A DNA stretch of 64,000 bases from a virus. The stretch lies in the IMG/VR virus record IMGVR_UViG_3300045988_130724, positions 1 through 64,000 of that record; one strand, 5' to 3'. The position numbers were made by a program, and so were the translations under genes. Shown in pieces: positions 43,845 to 51,895 of the stretch (positions are counted from its first letter, which is position 1; each line of letters begins with the position of its first letter). The notes beneath the pieces are model-generated. The model did no database searches. It was not told where the DNA came from and was given only the letters and a program-made list of their open reading frames with translations.

Positions 43845-45932
43845 TTACTCCTTTCTCGGCTCATCACCGTATTTTTTTACAAAAGCTTTTAAAATATCAT
43901 CCAATTTTCCACGAATACCCGCATCTTGTATGTAATGGAGTTTACCAACACAGCGTTCATGCAGTCTGAACACTCCCCGATACTTCATACTTACCGGTTT
44001 ATCGGTAAATACAGAAGTGGCAATCACCCCACATTCATGTTTATACCTTATACCCAACTCTGATTTAAATTCTGATGAAAGAACGCCCATTATTAGTAAT
44101 CGGCTTAACTTAGGCAGAGGGTGGTCTATGACAAAATCCGATTTCATCCAAACTGCATCCATGCCGTATTTGCTGACCTTCAGGAAGTCAAACATACAAG
44201 CTCCGAACACGTAATCATCCAAGAACCACAAATAACAGAACGGAGCTGATCCGAGTATGATGCCTTTCTTCAAGTAAATCATGCGCAGATAATCAATTTC
44301 TGCCATAGAAGCACGAACAAACCGGAGTTTGCTATTATTTGTAAGTACGTAATCGTCTGGCAACCGTTTATATTTTAGAGGGATGATAGTTCGCTTGTTA
44401 AAACTGCTGTCTCCACTTTCTACCACATTAGACCAAATATATGTGCGTTGGTCTTTGAATACCTCTCTTCTGCCCATAAATCCATGCTGCGAGAGAGCCA
44501 TGTAATTAACTTGTTCTTCATCTATTTCTGCATATTTCGTTTTAGTTCGTTCTTGAGATCCAAAATCATCCAATAAGAAACGCTGTAATGCGTTGCTTGT
44601 GGCTTTCATACCGGAATGAAATTCATTCTGATAGATTAATATGTCATTCTCTTTGCAGTTAAGAATTGCATCTGATATATCAGCACAATAAAATACTTCA
44701 ATAGACTTACTTTTAAGGCTGTCTACGAGCTTTTGGTAACGTTCCGTATACTTTTTATGGTAATGCTCCAATTTTGCCATAAAATCGTCATAAAGCGACT
44801 TATGGTAAATATCTTGTGAGTTCTTATGCTTCTTGATGGCATTGAACAGATGGATAGTGGCAATAATTTCAGCCGGACTTTCAGACTTGATATTCAGAAA
44901 CTCATATTCATCATTAAAACGCAGTTCTTTTATCTCTCCCTTGATTGCTTTATACATCATGTAGATAAAATACTCCTTTGTATACACCTTAATCTCACGG
45001 TTGGTAAGTATTTGCTCTATATCCATATAGTATGAGTTTACCACATGGGCTACATCAAACTTGGCCGCTTCTTTCTTGATGAAAGAAAGCATACGATTTG
45101 ACTTCTTGAACATGGAACCCACTATCGTAACATTATCCGAATGTTCTGCCGCCCAAAGCAACGGTTTGTGCCTTTGGGGAACTTTAGAATAATCAATATG
45201 GAACGCTTCAATACATTTATCAATTGTAGTGAGTTGCTTATATTCCTCCATGTCTTCATGTAGATAGGCATACTCCACGAATGAATACATGAATTTGATT
45301 GTTTCCAGAATTTTATCGAAATCCCAGGAGCTATTGAAGATCCTAAACTCTGCCGTTCCTATCTTTTCAATAGAACATAAATTAAGCCAGTACCGGATGT
45401 GTCCTCTATCTGAACCATTGCTAAAAACTTTCAGTAGATTTTCAATAGTATCTGCTTCCAATACACGCTTCACTACATCCCAAGGAGGGCTTGGTACGAG
45501 ATATTTTGTTTCCCACCACTCCGCAATATCGAATATCCGTTTGATTGGATATGCAGTATAATAAGAGAGAACAAACATACGCTTGATAACATTTAAGTCC
45601 ATGTCCTTGATGTACAGATGCGCATCAAAGCCTTCATTCCACATAAGATAGCTCCCTGCATCTTTCATGGTCTGAATAAACTCCTTCATTTCTTGTAAAT
45701 CTTCTGCGCAATAATGGTACGGTCGAGTATTTATCTCACCGCCAAACTGGCCGTGATGTGTAACTGCTGAACCGTCTGAGTTATTCATCATGGTCAGCTT
45801 GTTATCCGTCCACTTGTAACCTGATGGAAGTGGTATGCGTTGTTTGTCACCATCCGCAAACTCTAGTTCCATACCAAATGTTCGATTGGATATGTAGCCT
45901 ATCCACCTTTTATCTATATTCATGTTCTGCAT
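43845..45932 (-). CDS. amidoligase (glutamine-synthetase-like COOH-NH2 ligase, Amidoligase_2-type) fused to a large uncharacterised C-terminal region
   Basis: 695 aa. The N-terminal ~230 aa carry 'FGMELEF', 'GGEINTRP', 'GFDAHLYI' and 'GTAEFRIFNSS'. The last ~170 aa ('FGACMFDF...KLSRLLIMG...TSVFTDKPVSMKYRGVF') weakly resemble Mom/GNAT-like acyltransferases. Confidence 0.65.
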   Translation of the reverse strand: MQNMNIDKRWIGYISNRTFGMELEFADGDKQRIPLPSGYKWTDNKLTMMNNSDGSAVTHHGQFGGEINTRPYHYCAEDLQEMKEFIQTMKDAGSYLMWNEGFDAHLYIKDMDLNVIKRMFVLSYYTAYPIKRIFDIAEWWETKYLVPSPPWDVVKRVLEADTIENLLKVFSNGSDRGHIRYWLNLCSIEKIGTAEFRIFNSSWDFDKILETIKFMYSFVEYAYLHEDMEEYKQLTTIDKCIEAFHIDYSKVPQRHKPLLWAAEHSDNVTIVGSMFKKSNRMLSFIKKEAAKFDVAHVVNSYYMDIEQILTNREIKVYTKEYFIYMMYKAIKGEIKELRFNDEYEFLNIKSESPAEIIATIHLFNAIKKHKNSQDIYHKSLYDDFMAKLEHYHKKYTERYQKLVDSLKSKSIEVFYCADISDAILNCKENDILIYQNEFHSGMKATSNALQRFLLDDFGSQERTKTKYAEIDEEQVNYMALSQHGFMGRREVFKDQRTYIWSNVVESGDSSFNKRTIIPLKYKRLPDDYVLTNNSKLRFVRASMAEIDYLRMIYLKKGIILGSAPFCYLWFLDDYVFGACMFDFLKVSKYGMDAVWMKSDFVIDHPLPKLSRLLIMGVLSSEFKSELGIRYKHECGVIATSVFTDKPVSMKYRGVFRLHERCVGKLHYIQDAGIRGKLDDILKAFVKKYGDEPRKE

Positions 45933-46788
45933 ATCTCAACTTGACTAATGATTTATAATTGGGAACAAACGTAACCACATCACCAATGCAATAATTTGAG
46001 ACATAGTCACACTCCATAATTGAGTATTCACTAGAACTATCTACAAACTTCAAATTGGTACAATCACTAATTTGACACTTATCTAAGTCTACCATTGAAT
46101 AGCCACAATCCAAAATCAATTGATTACGTTCTGGGTAAATACCTATAATCCTTGTTTCGATTTCTATACCATTAAGACCCTTTCTCACCTCATAATTACA
46201 ATATGGGATTGTGCCAAACAACATATATTCACCAATACGAACATCACTTATGAAACTAGGCAGTTTACTATTTTGCCCAAGCCAAAAACTACCTCCCAAG
46301 CTGATAGACTCAATATCATTACGCAGGAGATTCCAGATACGGAACAGTTCTTTTTCCGAAGGGTGATTTTCATTCAGACAACCGGAAGTAATCAAACCAT
46401 ATATATGGGAGCTTGAAAGTGTCCTTATTTCATTGGCCAACTTACTTGCTTCATAAATGCTTAAGCCTTCTCTATTATCACATGCATTAATCGGAATATA
46501 AAAATTATGTATTCCTTGGCACGCATTTCCATTGATAGTAAGATATTTCCAAACATCCGCAAATGATGTAACCACAGCGCCGCTATTCCCCTTTACTGCC
46601 TTTCCGATAGAATAGCATATACTGTCTTTTAAATGGAGTCCAAAAATCTTATTTCTTATTTTATCCGATATATGCTCATAAATATCTTCATAAAAATCCT
46701 TGAACATTAACGAAATAGGAACATTAACAAGTGTTCGGGATTTCTCGATATTCTCAATGATATTTTTGGTATAAACTATAACTTTCAT
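45910..46788 (-). CDS. alanine-racemase-fold, predicted amino-acid racemase-like (COG3457/YhfX-like) protein
   Basis: Motif series 'GKAVKGNSG', 'CDNREGL', 'ISLGGSFWL', 'DVRIGEYMLFG', 'DSSSEYSIMEC', 'IGDVVTFVPNYKSL'. The start is set at the ATG at 46788 (ATGA coupling). The track start at 46797 is a GTG. Confidence 0.55.
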   Translation of the reverse strand: MKVIVYTKNIIENIEKSRTLVNVPISLMFKDFYEDIYEHISDKIRNKIFGLHLKDSICYSIGKAVKGNSGAVVTSFADVWKYLTINGNACQGIHNFYIPINACDNREGLSIYEASKLANEIRTLSSSHIYGLITSGCLNENHPSEKELFRIWNLLRNDIESISLGGSFWLGQNSKLPSFISDVRIGEYMLFGTIPYCNYEVRKGLNGIEIETRIIGIYPERNQLILDCGYSMVDLDKCQISDCTNLKFVDSSSEYSIMECDYVSNYCIGDVVTFVPNYKSLVKLRYAEHEYR

Positions 46789-47714
46789 AGCTCCCACTTT
46801 AAGATTAGACGTTCAATCCCTTTGTATTTGATATCTCTTTTGAATGAGAACCCTGCATTGATGAAGCTCTTCATGCTTGCCTCATTCTTGGGTGATGTCA
46901 TAGCAAATATCTCTTGTACACCATTAGAAACCAATTTTGCTATATTTGCATTAATAAGTATATACTGGAATCCGTTACCCCTATAATCAGCATGAACAAA
47001 ACATTTATCCACGTAGGCAGTACCATATTCAGTAAAGTACGTAAGAGAATAGGCAACCAGCTTGTCATTTACCAGTAACCCGAAACTGCAACCGGATTGC
47101 AGGCATTTCACTATATCTTCCTTTTCAGAAGGAAAACACATATCAGGATTAACAAAAAGAGTTTGCTCCATTTTTTCAATATCGGATGTATCAGATATAG
47201 ACAATACTTTCACTTGTATCTTATACTCAATATTTCCTTTTTTTACTGGAAACAATGGTTCGTAACGGTCAATCCATGCTTTAGATAGGAATGTGTCTAT
47301 GTCAGTTTTAGGCAACAATGCTTTTCTGTAACTGTCAAAGATGCCCAATACAAACTCTTTATGTTTGGTAAGTTGTTCATTCTTCAACGGACACTTACCA
47401 CTACGAAAGACAAAACTTTTCTTTACCGATTTTACCCACAAGGGGTAAGTACGACACATGATAGGCTTATAACCATTGTCACATGACTTACAGTCTCTGG
47501 CGAAACATTTTGCCTTTTTACCGCCAAAATAATCATCGTCTATAATCTGCAAATGGGAGATTTCTTCTTGGTGCCCATCAAGTTCATGGGGCAATATTAC
47601 AATATGCCCGTCCGACCCGAACGAACAACATTTCCAACCGCAACCGGAGTTTTCACATGCTCTTATTAGTCCTTTTTCGTCCATATATTTGGTTGTATAT
47701 AACTTCATATACAT
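46785..47714 (-). CDS. YkgJ-type Cys-cluster domain fused to a GNAT acyltransferase
   Basis: 309 aa. N-terminal 'CENSGCGWKCCSF' and 'KPIMCRTYPLW'. C-terminal GNAT motif A 'HADYRGNGFQYIL' and 'SMKSFINAGF'. Confidence 0.7.
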   Translation of the reverse strand: MYMKLYTTKYMDEKGLIRACENSGCGWKCCSFGSDGHIVILPHELDGHQEEISHLQIIDDDYFGGKKAKCFARDCKSCDNGYKPIMCRTYPLWVKSVKKSFVFRSGKCPLKNEQLTKHKEFVLGIFDSYRKALLPKTDIDTFLSKAWIDRYEPLFPVKKGNIEYKIQVKVLSISDTSDIEKMEQTLFVNPDMCFPSEKEDIVKCLQSGCSFGLLVNDKLVAYSLTYFTEYGTAYVDKCFVHADYRGNGFQYILINANIAKLVSNGVQEIFAMTSPKNEASMKSFINAGFSFKRDIKYKGIERLILKWEL

Positions 47715-47908
47715 TTTGCGTTAAATGCCTGCCGAGCGTATTCCCGACAGGCTTAACACAAAATTCAATCATCTATAAGTCACTCACAAGAACACCTATG
47801 CAATCTATTCGGCTTCTTTACAGTCGTGTCAGATGGCAATTACCATCACCCCGTAAACTGCACAAGCTTTTATGTTCTTGCTTCTGCTTATCGCTACTAT
47901 AAGGGTTG

Positions 47909-47978
47909 AGCGGAAACAGGGAGTCGACCCCCACTCTTTGGCTGGAATGCCAACGCTCTACCGATGAGCTATTTCCGC
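47909..47978 (-). tRNA. tRNA-Gly(UCC)-like gene with non-canonical architecture (possibly non-proteinogenic or a pseudo-tRNA)
   Basis: - strand sequence: GCGGAAA-TA-GCTC-ATCGGTA-GAGC-G-TTGGC-ATTCCA-GCCAA-AGAG-TGGGG-GTCGACT-CCCTG-TTTCCGC-T. The acceptor and D stems are perfect. The anticodon loop has only 6 nt, the variable loop has 4 nt, position 54 is G, and no CCA is encoded. Confidence 0.5.
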
Positions 47979-48100
47979 AATTGTCTATGCTGTCAAACCA
48001 CCGCTTGCTTGGCAAATTTGGCAGCATTCCATCAAACGCTATTGATGGTTGGCTAATATTTTTTCTAACTTATCAAGAATCTTATCAAACTTTAGTTCCT

Positions 48101-48129
48101 TGCAGAAGACTTTAAAAAAGTCTTCTGCA
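48101..48129 (-). terminator. hairpin downstream of the DUF488-like gene
   Basis: 11-bp perfect stem tgcagaagact/agtcttctgca with a 7-nt A/T loop. There is no clear U-tract. Confidence 0.4.
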
Positions 48130-48183
48130 GGCATTACCAAATTCTACTACGCTTTCCTGTAAGGTCATAATATCAAAACAAAC

Positions 48184-48588
48184 TTAGAACAAACTTGCTT
48201 GTTCGTACTTAGGTTCTTTCTTCTCAACTACTCCAAATTCTGTTATCTCAATGCCAGTCTTTTCAGTAAGCCACTTTGCCAAAATATGCCGATGGCAGAA
48301 ATCACCTGGTTTTTCATAACAGCAGAGAGCAACATCTTTACCTTCACTGTGTCGTTGGATAGTTTGAATCAATTCTTGCGGATTGACTTTTGCAAGAACA
48401 TCATTCAAATACATACTCGTGTACTCTTCATAAGTCCATTTATCATCCAACATGTATCTTCTTGGTGCAACCTCTATGATCTGAGGTGCATTATAAAATC
48501 TTGGCCTCCCTAACGCAACACATATCATTTTTACGTTTGCAGCTGCTAGTTTTCTGTAATTCCCGAAATAACTTGTATAAATCCTCAT
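48184..48588 (-). CDS. DUF488-family protein
   Basis: 'MRIYTSYFGN' and 'CCYEKPGDFCHRHILAKWL'. The start is set at the ATG at 48588; the track start is 48639. Confidence 0.65.
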   Translation of the reverse strand: MRIYTSYFGNYRKLAAANVKMICVALGRPRFYNAPQIIEVAPRRYMLDDKWTYEEYTSMYLNDVLAKVNPQELIQTIQRHSEGKDVALCCYEKPGDFCHRHILAKWLTEKTGIEITEFGVVEKKEPKYEQASLF

Positions 48589-48657
48589 TGCTTTATTTTT
48601 ATGGTGTAAAGATACTAAATATGGCGTAAAAAGCGCCACATTTAGTCATAAATTTAT

Positions 48658-48843
48658 CTAATTTGATGATTTTATTATCTCAACCTTGTAACATGTCATC
48701 ATGTGGTCTGTTTCGCGCCCCATATTGAAAATATTGCCGAGATAATATTTGCGTACTTCTTGCTCTGATAAGTTGATAGGGGTGACGAACCAGTCTTCAT
48801 TACCTTGTTCGTCTCTTAAATACACTTTTACCGTTGTTTCCAT
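48658..48843 (-). CDS. hypothetical small protein
   Basis: 61-aa ORF in the packed early operon. Confidence 0.45.
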   Translation of the reverse strand: METTVKVYLRDEQGNEDWFVTPINLSEQEVRKYYLGNIFNMGRETDHMMTCYKVEIIKSSN

Positions 48844-48854
48844 TGCTTTTAATC

Positions 48855-49283
48855 CTAAAAATGCGGGTCAATATAATGACTTTGATAATGAAGCATAAGC
48901 AAAACACCGTCCTTGTACGATTGTCCATCTGCTACCCAACAGCCGTTTCTTCTTTTAGTGAACACCTTTGCTCCACCTTCAAGTGTTGGTAAAATCCTAT
49001 AATCACCAGCATAGTAGTCGATACATTCCGTTTGATTAAATGTAACCTCAATCTTGCATGGAGAAATAATTTTGGTAACAGTAGCTGCTCTCCTATCAGA
49101 ATAGTAGCATACAGTACACCCTAGCCCGATTTCAGGAATTAAGTTTTTGATGGCTTCTGTCTTCTGTCTATCCCTTTCTTCTCTCCATTCGGAATACTTA
49201 ACCCCATCCGGACATTTTCTGCTTTCGATTTCTCTCAGGATAGCAAAGCTTTCTTTGCTTGTTAATTTGTTCGATGTTCTCAT
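48855..49283 (-). CDS. hypothetical protein
   Basis: 142-aa ORF in the early operon. Confidence 0.5.
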   Translation of the reverse strand: MRTSNKLTSKESFAILREIESRKCPDGVKYSEWREERDRQKTEAIKNLIPEIGLGCTVCYYSDRRAATVTKIISPCKIEVTFNQTECIDYYAGDYRILPTLEGGAKVFTKRRNGCWVADGQSYKDGVLLMLHYQSHYIDPHF

Positions 49284-49294
49284 TGCCCTATATT

Positions 49295-49579
49295 TTATCC
49301 ATTATATGATGCTGTTATTTCTTCGGCTTTAAGCTCAGTCTTCAGTTCGCCATTCTTATACATTCTTACTGCTACGACACGAACGGTTTCAGATAAGAAT
49401 CTGCCTAAGTCATTTCTAACTTTTTGATCCAGCTTAATAGCCTTTGCCAAATCCTTAGTCCGCTTTCTAATGGTTTTCCTGAAACCGAAAACATAATCTT
49501 CCGTGTCAATCTCAAACTGGTATGTAGTTGAATGCAATACCCGGTTAAGCTCTTCTGTCATTTGTTGTACCCTATTCAT
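49295..49579 (-). CDS. hypothetical protein
   Basis: 94-aa ORF. It is the first gene behind promoter copy C. Confidence 0.5.
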   Translation of the reverse strand: MNRVQQMTEELNRVLHSTTYQFEIDTEDYVFGFRKTIRKRTKDLAKAIKLDQKVRNDLGRFLSETVRVVAVRMYKNGELKTELKAEEITASYNG

Positions 49580-49611
49580 TGCTCTTATTATTTAAGTTGT
49601 TATTTTTGATA

Positions 49612-49621
49612 TGTAAAGATA
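49612..49621 (-). promoter_or_regulatory. early promoter-type box TATCTTTACA (copy C)
   Basis: Exact tgtaaagata on the plus strand, 33 nt upstream of the ATG at 49579. The leader ends in AAGAGCAATG, as in the other copies. Confidence 0.4.
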
Positions 49622-49693
49622 CAAATAATATATTGAATATCAGTATTTTACATCTTAAATATCGCAAGCTTAAACTTTGTTTAACTTATTCAT

Positions 49694-49924
49694 TTACTGA
49701 TACTTAGTTAACAGAATAGATTTACTTTTCTCTATTTCGCCATTGGTATCAATACCAATTTGCTGGTAGAACCCGGCATTACCAGAAAGACATTCATACG
49801 CAATTTTCAATGTTCTGCGTTCTTCTTTGGTAAATCCAATGCGAAAAGTGGAGAAAATAGCCAGTGCGGCTTTAAAATCACCGCACCGGAGTAATGAGAT
49901 TGCTTTATTGGTTTTCGTTTCCAT
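49694..49924 (-). CDS. hypothetical protein
   Basis: The start is set at the ATG at 49924 ('METKTNK'); the track start is 49948. Confidence 0.45.
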   Translation of the reverse strand: METKTNKAISLLRCGDFKAALAIFSTFRIGFTKEERRTLKIAYECLSGNAGFYQQIGIDTNGEIEKSKSILLTKYQ

Positions 49925-50084
49925 AAAGATAAAATTCTCTCCCTTCAAAATCGTCTGCTGTCAACACAATATCTTCACAGTTTACCATGTCTTCCACTTT
50001 CTCAAAAGCATCATCTTTATCTTCCGCTTCCACCTCTACCACTTTAGAAAGAGTTTCTACTACTTTAATTCTGTACTTTTTCAT
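49905..50084 (-). CDS. unannotated 59-aa DpnD/PcfM-like miniprotein
   Basis: My own translation: MKKYRIKVVETLSKVVEVEAEDKDDAFEKVEDMVNCEDIVLTADDFEGREFYLYGNENQ. The pattern recalls the DpnD/PcfM family. It is just under the track cutoff. Confidence 0.45.
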   Translation of the reverse strand: MKKYRIKVVETLSKVVEVEAEDKDDAFEKVEDMVNCEDIVLTADDFEGREFYLYGNENQ

Positions 50085-50087
50085 TCC

Positions 50088-50417
50088 TTAATTCCTTTTT
50101 TTTAGTTCTTCAATAAGTGCATCAGCTAACATTACAGAATGTCGTACAAGTTGTTGTATGCTTGGATTTGGGTCTACTCCATCTACAACAGGAGCGGCCA
50201 AATTTCCAATCATTGCAGTTTTTGCTATCTCATACCTACGTTGTTCCCAATCAATACAATCGGACTTTTCCTGCATTATTTCAAGCTCGTCACAATCATA
50301 TACATCTTCTGAATTAGATACGTTCACATACCCTTTTGCTATAATTTCATTGCCTAATCTTACGTTCAAGTGACGTACTTCTATGATTTCTCCTGTTTTC
50401 TTTATCTTTGCTTTCAT
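50088..50417 (-). CDS. hypothetical protein, paralog of 53510..53806
   Basis: Shared 'MKA+IK.TG' N-terminus and shared 'IDWEQRRYEIAKTAM' / 'IEWEQRRYELAKSAM' core. Confidence 0.55.
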   Translation of the reverse strand: MKAKIKKTGEIIEVRHLNVRLGNEIIAKGYVNVSNSEDVYDCDELEIMQEKSDCIDWEQRRYEIAKTAMIGNLAAPVVDGVDPNPSIQQLVRHSVMLADALIEELKKRN

Positions 50418-50920
50418 GCTGTATAATTTATGATTTGACCACTAAAACTACATATAATATCATCGTATTCATTGGCAGGTATTAATTCATCTATTTCCTC
50501 AAAATCTTTATGTAACTCTTCAGAAAGATTGGTTATAATATCAACGTAAATATCCTTTGCTTTATCACGAACAGCTTCATCGTAGTCATCTTCGTTCATC
50601 CATCCTTCTTGGTAAACGAAACATGGTTTGAACCGTTTCTTGACTTCATCTATCAAATGGTAGTTCAAGAGTATTTCGACTTCCGTCTTTTCAATAGAAG
50701 ATTGGAAACTAATCCCGTCATACTCAACACCGTGCTTTCGCTGGTAACTACTTATACCATCATGTCCTGACTCTATTGCATTGAATATATCCCCCTTTTG
50801 GTAATTCTTATCACCCCTAATTTTTACAGTGTTGATGTATTTTGAACCTTGCACATCGAAATACTCAACAATACAGCCATTTTCACAGACAATCCTTTCT
50901 TCTAATATCAACTGTATCAT
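50414..50920 (-). CDS. hypothetical protein
   Basis: The start is set at the ATG at 50920 (ATGA coupling with the upstream stop). The track start at 50935 is a GTG. Confidence 0.5.
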   Translation of the reverse strand: MIQLILEERIVCENGCIVEYFDVQGSKYINTVKIRGDKNYQKGDIFNAIESGHDGISSYQRKHGVEYDGISFQSSIEKTEVEILLNYHLIDEVKKRFKPCFVYQEGWMNEDDYDEAVRDKAKDIYVDIITNLSEELHKDFEEIDELIPANEYDDIICSFSGQIINYTA

Positions 50921-51567
50921 AAATCCTCTCCCCACAACTTTTTAGCCAGCTCGTATTTCTTTTGCAGTTCGTTTACCTCTTTCTTGGCATAAGTGAGAGT
51001 GTACGCATGTTCACGTGGGTATTTGCCAGACTTTACGCCTTCATGGTATTCTTTAGCTTGTTCCAATTTATGCTCGTAGAAGTCTATACTTTCAGGCATT
51101 GAGAGATTAATCATATTGGCTCTTTCTTCCCAATATTTGGCTACCCTTTCATGTTCATTAGTCTTATCACTGAACTCAACGCTTTTACCCATGTTGTTCC
51201 AAGCATCATCTATCATTTTGCGATGCCGCTTTTCGCTATGATGTCCTACTTTGATAGGTTCACCGAGAGAAAGAAAATCAGCATCCTTATTTGACTTGTT
51301 ATAAAATTCAGTACTTTTGCGTTCTGCGGATACAGCCCATTCACGTCTGCGCTCCGCTCTTTGCTTTGCCCATTCCTGAACATTAAAACCGTCGGCTCTG
51401 ATGATGGAATAGTAATAGAAGCCATCTTTCTCAAAAATCAGATTAAAAACGATGCTTTCATTTTCTTTGCCATACTTGGTGGTAACTAGAATTTCTTCAC
51501 CTCTTTCGTACTTTTCTTCGCACTTTGCCAAAAATACGTTTGGCGCAAATTTGTAATATGTGTTCAT
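50917..51567 (-). CDS. DUF3560-like protein
   Basis: 216 aa. 'GEPIKVGHHSEKRHRKM' resembles the DUF3560 signature seen in mobile elements. Confidence 0.55.
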   Translation of the reverse strand: MNTYYKFAPNVFLAKCEEKYERGEEILVTTKYGKENESIVFNLIFEKDGFYYYSIIRADGFNVQEWAKQRAERRREWAVSAERKSTEFYNKSNKDADFLSLGEPIKVGHHSEKRHRKMIDDAWNNMGKSVEFSDKTNEHERVAKYWEERANMINLSMPESIDFYEHKLEQAKEYHEGVKSGKYPREHAYTLTYAKKEVNELQKKYELAKKLWGEDL

Positions 51568-51610
51568 TGCTCTTATGTGTTATGCAGGGCTTTCGCCCTG
51601 CTGGTTAAAC

Positions 51611-51895
51611 TTATCTTTTATCTATCACTAAGTAATGGTCAGCCAAACACTTTACCCATTGTATTCTATACTTTCTTGAAGCACATCTAAATTCAATATC
51701 TCTTATAGCAGAAAGAATATCAGACACGCTTTCATTATAATATTTTGCGAGTATAGTTAGTACATGATAGCTTTCTTGCGGTGTAAAGTGCAAAGAACTT
51801 CTGTATCTCTTTGCTGTCTCATATACTCTTTTAGAAAAAGATTCTATAGTTTCAAATTCTTCTAATCTATAATTGAATAAATCTGTTGCTTTCAT
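51611..51895 (-). CDS. hypothetical protein
   Basis: 94-aa ORF. It is the first gene behind promoter cassette copy B. Confidence 0.5.
   Translation of the reverse strand: MKATDLFNYRLEEFETIESFSKRVYETAKRYRSSLHFTPQESYHVLTILAKYYNESVSDILSAIRDIEFRCASRKYRIQWVKCLADHYLVIDKR

Noticed and set aside
47657-48115. Three 69-81-aa ORFs across the 470-bp gap upstream of the GNAT fusion
   Set aside because: They overlap the tRNA-like gene and the hairpins, have odd composition, and none has a plausible start context. I treat the region as non-coding.
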